A stretch of DNA of 64,000 nt, from NCBI GenBank assembly GCA_019058245.1, contig JAHPZJ010000025.1:1-64000 (forward strand), given 5' to 3'. Made by a program: the position numbers and the translations under genes. How positions within the stretch are numbered: position 1 is the stretch's first letter; each line of letters starts with the position of its first letter. Under the pieces are notes generated by a model that had not been told where the DNA came from, made no database searches, and saw nothing but the letters and a program-made list of their open reading frames with translations. Of this stretch, positions 59,025 to 64,000 are shown piece by piece. Source of the DNA: Promethearchaeota archaeon. Lineage in GTDB: Archaea > Asgardarchaeota > Lokiarchaeia > Sigyniarchaeales > SOKP01.

Positions 59025-60026
59025 TTAGTCTTTATGCATATTTTTGATTTCTTCTAAAGGGAGTATCTGGCGAGGTTCATGTACAACAAGACCTTGAGCA
59101 TATTTTCTTAAGATTGAAATTATACTTAAAAACTCCGATTTTTTTATTATAGTATTTATGGCGTACCATCCTTCAGAATCTGCCCCAGCTAATTTAGAAA
59201 TTGTAGGACGCTTTAATGCGGGAAGCGTTTTTAATATTTTATCTAAGTTCTCTTCTCTGACATTTAAAAATACATGAAGAGATTTTGAAGCTTTTATAAC
59301 ACCTTTTAATAAAACCAAAATATCTTTAATTTTCTCTCTTTTCCATTCATCTTTCAAGGCATTTTTGTTTGCTATTAGAACAGCAGTAGAGGTATCAATA
59401 ACATCAATAATTTTTAGATTATTAGCTTTAATAGTTGATCCTGTAGCGGTGTTATCAATTATAACATCTACTTCTTCTGGAGGTTTGGCTTCAGTTGCTC
59501 CAAATGATAAAAATATCTTAATTTTATCATTTTTTCCCCATTTTCTCCAAGGAGTAATTATAAGAGGATTAACATCACCATAAAGTTTCTTATATGTTTT
59601 ATTATTCTTAATGTAATCTAAAGAAAGAGTTAGATATTCAGTTGAAATTCTTAGAACCTTCTTATCGTCATAGAATTTTTGGAGTACGTCATCTAAAGAA
59701 TTGATGTGTTCCCAATCATTAGGAATACAAAACACAATTGAAACACCACCTATTTCTAAATCTAGTAATACTTCCACATCGGCGTTAGTTTCTTTAACCC
59801 AATCTTTACCTGATATTCCTAAATCAAATTCATTTTCACCAATTAAATAATTAGGAATTTCTTGAGGACGTAATAATTTAATATAAATTTCTGAATCTTT
59901 TACAGATGGTCTATAATCTCTTTTTGAAGAAAATGTTAGCTTTAATCCAGCTCTTTCAAAAAAGGAGGCAACCTCATCATGAAGGCTTCCTTTAGGAAGT
60001 GTGATTTTTAATTTTTTATTATTCAT
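59025..60026 (-). CDS. hisG: ATP phosphoribosyltransferase, long form
   Basis: LPKGSL, RPQEIP, GATE, TGSTIKANNL, C-terminal regulatory domain. Confidence 0.95.
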   Translation of the reverse strand: MNNKKLKITLPKGSLHDEVASFFERAGLKLTFSSKRDYRPSVKDSEIYIKLLRPQEIPNYLIGENEFDLGISGKDWVKETNADVEVLLDLEIGGVSIVFCIPNDWEHINSLDDVLQKFYDDKKVLRISTEYLTLSLDYIKNNKTYKKLYGDVNPLIITPWRKWGKNDKIKIFLSFGATEAKPPEEVDVIIDNTATGSTIKANNLKIIDVIDTSTAVLIANKNALKDEWKREKIKDILVLLKGVIKASKSLHVFLNVREENLDKILKTLPALKRPTISKLAGADSEGWYAINTIIKKSEFLSIISILRKYAQGLVVHEPRQILPLEEIKNMHKD

Positions 60027-60272
60027 TTAACGTCACTAAATTTTTGAAATATAATAATTTATTTATGAAAAAATTTGCAAATTTTATTTTTAATTAGACT
60101 TTTTAAGATTATTTATACTATCTAAAGGCATAATAGATTATCTTAAAATATGAGTAAACAAGTCTTATTGAATCTTTATAGAGAATATTGTTAAGATTGC
60201 TTTAATCTTTATTTTATATTGCTAAACCTATTAAATCTTGAGGGGATATAGGACCTACAACTTTCAGGAAAG

Positions 60273-60300
60273 GTAAATTCAGCGTTTGATTTCAATGAAA
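60273..60300 (+). repeat. 28-bp direct repeat, copy 1, flanking the RHH gene
   Basis: GTAAATTCAGCGTTTGATTTCAATGAAA; 25/28 identical to 60914-60941. Confidence 0.8.
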
Positions 60301-60435
60301 ATTTCATGTAAAAAATGAGATGAAAAAAATAGAGAATGTTCTTCAATATTTTACTTTTTTTGGTAATTAAATCATAAGAATTATAAAATTTAAGAATTTA
60401 AAACATATAAATAGCTTATAAAGATAGCCTAATTA

Positions 60436-60801
60436 TTACCTTCTCAATGCCTTTTCAATAGTATCTAATTCTTTTTCTAATTCCTTTTTTCTTTCTTCAA
60501 GTAATTTCTCTCGTTCTAGCAGTTCTTCATTACTTGGTGTTGTTAAATATTCTCCTTTTTTATGAGCGGAGTGTGTATTTTTCAGTTCTTTTAAAATTTC
60601 ATGTCTATTTAACTTTTTAAATGATGGATCTGATTTATTTGGATAGATTGATCGATTAATATCAGCAATCCTTTTCCTTACTGCAGACCTAATAAATTCA
60701 GACTTAGTTTGCAGTTGTAAGTGTGAATATCTGTCTATTTTTTTGTAAAGCCTTTCGGATACCATTACTTTAATAAATTTCTCTTTTTTTTCATCCGTCA
60801 T
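60436..60801 (-). CDS. Ribbon-helix-helix (CopG-like) protein with coiled-coil tail
   Basis: FIKVMVSERLYKKID...TKSEFIRSAVR. Confidence 0.8.
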   Translation of the reverse strand: MTDEKKEKFIKVMVSERLYKKIDRYSHLQLQTKSEFIRSAVRKRIADINRSIYPNKSDPSFKKLNRHEILKELKNTHSAHKKGEYLTTPSNEELLEREKLLEERKKELEKELDTIEKALRR

Positions 60802-60826
60802 TTTAAATATCCATTATTACTATAAT

Positions 60827-60853
60827 TATGATCATTATGATCAATATGATCAT
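60827..60853. promoter_or_regulatory. Three tandem 9-bp TATGATCAW units, putative RHH auto-operator
   Basis: TATGATCAT-TATGATCAA-TATGATCAT between a minus-strand TTTAAATA box (~60859-60866) and the ATG. Confidence 0.7.
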
Positions 60854-60913
60854 TTTCATATTTAAATCTTACTTGACACAAAAGTAAATTTATTATAATA
60901 TTGAGTTAGAACA

Positions 60914-60941
60914 GTAAATTCAGCATCCGATTTCAATGAAA
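60914..60941 (+). repeat. 28-bp direct repeat, copy 2
   Basis: GTAAATTCAGCATCCGATTTCAATGAAA. Confidence 0.8.
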
Positions 60942-61078
60942 GTTTTTTTGAAAAAATTTTTCTCCCTTAAAAAAAAATATCTGGATCAAATGAACAATGA
61001 ATTCTCAAGAGTTATAAAATTACATGTCTTCAAAACACAGCGGATTTACTATTTTGATTAAAGAAACAAAAAAAAAAT

Positions 61079-61396
61079 TTAATTAATAATTTTTTGAATC
61101 ATTTCATAATTTCCAGTACATTGAATTTTCTCTTCTCCTTCTTTTATATAGAATTGAACATCTTGGTATGGCCAAAAAATTCTTTGCTCACAAACAAAGC
61201 CTGTTGTTACTACAATATTCAATTGATTTTTCATCGATTCAACCACGTTCATATATTTGTTATATTGTTTTTCAGAATCCCGCATTACATTCACATTAAG
61301 CACCACTATTTCTTGACCTTCTTATGCAATTAACACTTTGAGACGCTCTATTAAATACATCCATTTAACTTCCCACGAAGTATTTTGTTCGCTCAT
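61079..61396 (-). pseudogene. Small ORF interrupted by an in-frame TAA
   Basis: ATG at 61396 (AGGA upstream): MSEQNTSWEVKWMYLIERLKVLIA*EGQEIVVLNV..., same frame as the 61079..61306 ORF. Confidence 0.55.
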
Positions 61397-61458
61397 AAAT
61401 CCTACTTATATTGAGATTATACAAAAAAAAAAAAAATAAAGAGATTCTCAAAATAATA

Positions 61459-63150
61459 TTAATGAATATTTGGATATATTACCTTATTTGGATAAATTTT
61501 CCGTGCTTTTTTTATTAATTCAAGAGCAGCATCATTTTTTTTCATATTGAATAATATTTCTGCTTGTTCTGAATATATTTCAAATAATGATTCTTTTTTC
61601 AATTCTGGATTGATAATATCTTCTAAAACTCTTAAAGCATCCTTATTTTTTTTTAAATAGAATGCAAGATATCGTGCTTTTTGTAGGTAAAATTTTAATA
61701 AGTTTGGATCAATTTTGATAGCAGTATCTAATACTTCTAAAGCTTTTTCATATTGATCTATGAAACAATAAATTGAGGCTAATTGTGAATAGTATTCTGA
61801 ATTATTTGGTTCTAATTCAATTGCTCTATTTAATGCTTCTATTGCTTCTTCAAATTTATTCATCCAAATTAAAATATTTGCTAAATTTAAGTAATAATTT
61901 GATACATTTGGGGCCATTTCAATAGCTTTCTTGATTGTTCTTAAAGCTTCATGATATTCGCCTTTAAATTGTAAGATTTGTGTTTTAATGGCATAATTTA
62001 AAGAATTTTTAGTATCCATCTTAATTGCTTTACCAACATATTCTAAAGCATTATTTACTGTTTCCTGATGTTTGGGGGGTGGTAGTTCTTTACTAGCTTC
62101 TTTAAGATATAGTAAGGCTCTTTTTTGTAAATATTCTAAACGTTCAAAAATGTAGATATCGGAAGTTAAGATTAAAGAGGGAATTTCTTTCAGATTTAGG
62201 TAATTTACAAAATATTTTTTCTTAAAGTCTTTAAAGATATTTATTAAATAATTTCTTATTAAGTTATAAAGAGGTGGTTCTAGATCCTCATGAAAGAGAT
62301 TATATTTTTTAATTAATTCAAATAATACTTCTTCACATATATCATTTATAATGATTTCCTTAAAATCATAAGAATTTACAAATCCTAAATAATAATGATC
62401 TCTTAGAATAGATTGTATAACACCTTTAAAAATAGTTCCATATTCATCTGTGGATCTAAAATAAACACAAAATTCGTTATTTGATGATTTTAATTCATAA
62501 ATTGTTATATAACAAGCATCTTTTTCAATAACCTTGTGTAAAAACCATTTTAATTCCGTTTTTGTTAACTTACTCTTCCCATATTTCTTGATGAAATCAT
62601 CCAATGAAATTGAAATATTAGAGGTTTTATCAAAAAATTTAACATGGTTTAAAGCTAAGTATAGAATTGAAATATTTAATTTATCTTCAGACAGCGACTT
62701 TAATTCATCAGTTGTTAATTCATTTTTTAGTTTGAGAAATTCAATTATAATATTTTCATCTTTTATATTAAAAGAATTAAATAGGTGAGAAATTTGATTA
62801 AAATTTTTGGAAAATGCTTTTTGCTCTAAATCTAGTATAGTCTTAATGCCTAATCTATAAGATTTAAGTCGTTTTAATAACTCTTTTACTCCTAAACTTG
62901 AGATTGAATAAATACTATTCTTTTGATCACGTGAGACGTTAATACAATTTTTGTTTTTTAATTTTTTAGCCCACTTATGGAAAGTATTTTTATTCATTCT
63001 ATTTGTTATACCTTTCTCGGAACTATTTATGAATTCTTCACGTCTCATCGGACCATAAACGCTTAATGCATAAAGAATGATATCTTCATATTGTTTAATT
63101 TCCCAAATTTGAATGGGTATTTTATTAGGAATGATATTCATTTCAGCCAT
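61459..63150 (-). CDS. Winged-helix + TPR-repeat protein
   Basis: N-terminal IILYAL...KNTFHKWAKKL...YSISSLG; C-terminal TPRs (AIELEPN, AIKIDPN). Confidence 0.85.
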   Translation of the reverse strand: MAEMNIIPNKIPIQIWEIKQYEDIILYALSVYGPMRREEFINSSEKGITNRMNKNTFHKWAKKLKNKNCINVSRDQKNSIYSISSLGVKELLKRLKSYRLGIKTILDLEQKAFSKNFNQISHLFNSFNIKDENIIIEFLKLKNELTTDELKSLSEDKLNISILYLALNHVKFFDKTSNISISLDDFIKKYGKSKLTKTELKWFLHKVIEKDACYITIYELKSSNNEFCVYFRSTDEYGTIFKGVIQSILRDHYYLGFVNSYDFKEIIINDICEEVLFELIKKYNLFHEDLEPPLYNLIRNYLINIFKDFKKKYFVNYLNLKEIPSLILTSDIYIFERLEYLQKRALLYLKEASKELPPPKHQETVNNALEYVGKAIKMDTKNSLNYAIKTQILQFKGEYHEALRTIKKAIEMAPNVSNYYLNLANILIWMNKFEEAIEALNRAIELEPNNSEYYSQLASIYCFIDQYEKALEVLDTAIKIDPNLLKFYLQKARYLAFYLKKNKDALRVLEDIINPELKKESLFEIYSEQAEILFNMKKNDAALELIKKARKIYPNKVIYPNIH

Positions 63151-63351
63151 ATTACTACAACTTATTTTTAAAAATTTAAAATTAACTAGTTAGGACAAGT
63201 ATTAGGACAAAAGACATAAATTTCTAAAAAATAAATTACTTTTTAATCAATTATTAAAAAATCTCCTTATATAAAAATAAAATAATAGTAATTTTTGTGT
63301 TATAAATTGTAGTTCCCTCTATTATTCATTTTATAAAATCATGGTGAAAAT

Positions 63352-63549
63352 TTGTTTAAAAGGATAGAGAAATATAAATGTCCCCGCTGTGAAAGTGAAG
63401 ATATATTAGAATTTGATAATTTTATCTCTTGTTACAAATGTCATTTAGATTTTGATAAAAAATTTCTTGGAGTAATTAATGATGAAAATATTTTGGCTCG
63501 AGAAGAGCTGAAAGGTATTTTTGATACTTTTAGTAAAAGAGATACTTAA
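63352..63549 (+). CDS. Small zinc-ribbon protein
   Basis: CPRC...CYKC; GGTGA ribosome-binding site upstream. Confidence 0.65.
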   Translation: MFKRIEKYKCPRCESEDILEFDNFISCYKCHLDFDKKFLGVINDENILAREELKGIFDTFSKRDT

Positions 63550-63930
63550 TTTTCTGAAATATCACTAAATCTTCGATAAAGAGAAAGTAAATGTTTTAAG
63601 AAATAACCATTATCATATAATTAGAGTTGGAAATGAATTAAAAGTAATTATTAAAATGAAACAAAACACAAAACTCGAAAATACAAGATTATTTTAACAT
63701 TTCTCATTTGAATATCTCAATCGATTCTTTTTCATTTATAATATTCCTTATAATTCTTACATTTTAATTATAAATAAAAGAATATAAAAACAGAGATAAT
63801 TAGACTTCAATAATAATTATCGATAACATACATTTAGACTCTTAAAGCCCAAATAAATTAGAAAATCTTAAAAAAGTTGATATTGAGTATTTCATTAAAC
63901 AGAATTACATATAATAAAAATTTGAGTAAT

Positions 63931-64000
63931 ATGAATTACTACATTTTTTTTGTAACTGTACCTAATATTGAAGAAGGTCAAAAAATAGCTAAAATTTTAG
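63931..64000 (+). CDS. cutA: Divalent-cation tolerance protein CutA, truncated by the window edge
   Basis: MNYYIFFVTVPNIEEGQKIAKIL matches the CutA N-terminal pattern. Confidence 0.7.
   Translation, partial: MNYYIFFVTVPNIEEGQKIAKIL

Noticed and set aside
14683-61324. TAA reassignment suggested by two in-frame TAA interruptions
   Set aside because: TAA terminates most conserved genes in the window at the expected positions
512-62788. Many short antisense or overlapping ORFs in the track (e.g. 8109, 18520, 40918, 48627, 51434, 62534)
   Set aside because: Shadows of well-supported genes on the opposite strand or in another frame; no motifs

Overview
Very AT-rich archaeal chromosome segment, most likely from an Asgard (Lokiarchaeia-like) archaeon. 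It carries core information genes (rpoH, fused rpoB, tfe, PolD DP1/DP2, cdc6, PAN, NAC, MBF1, cbf5, nrdD, archease, rtcB, carS). Interleaved with them are eukaryotic-signature-type genes: three Rab-like GTPases (one fused to a roadblock domain, one with a long Pro-rich/Lys-rich tail and zinc ribbon), a longin+HTH protein resembling NPRL2, and a probable OST5/TMEM258 homologue. The strongest signal outside the ORF track is RNA. All three tRNA genes found have introns only at non-canonical positions: Lys(UUU) ~44/45, Thr(CGU) ~28/29, and Leu(GAG) with three introns (15/16, 30/31, 59/60). The Leu D-loop intron appears to hold a nested intron, and Leu introns 2 and 3 share a sequence core. Other observations: probable AUU start codons, three interrupted genes, a dispersed intergenic repeat between accessory genes, and several operator-like repeats and palindromes. 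All protein calls come from motif recognition by eye; no database search was run.
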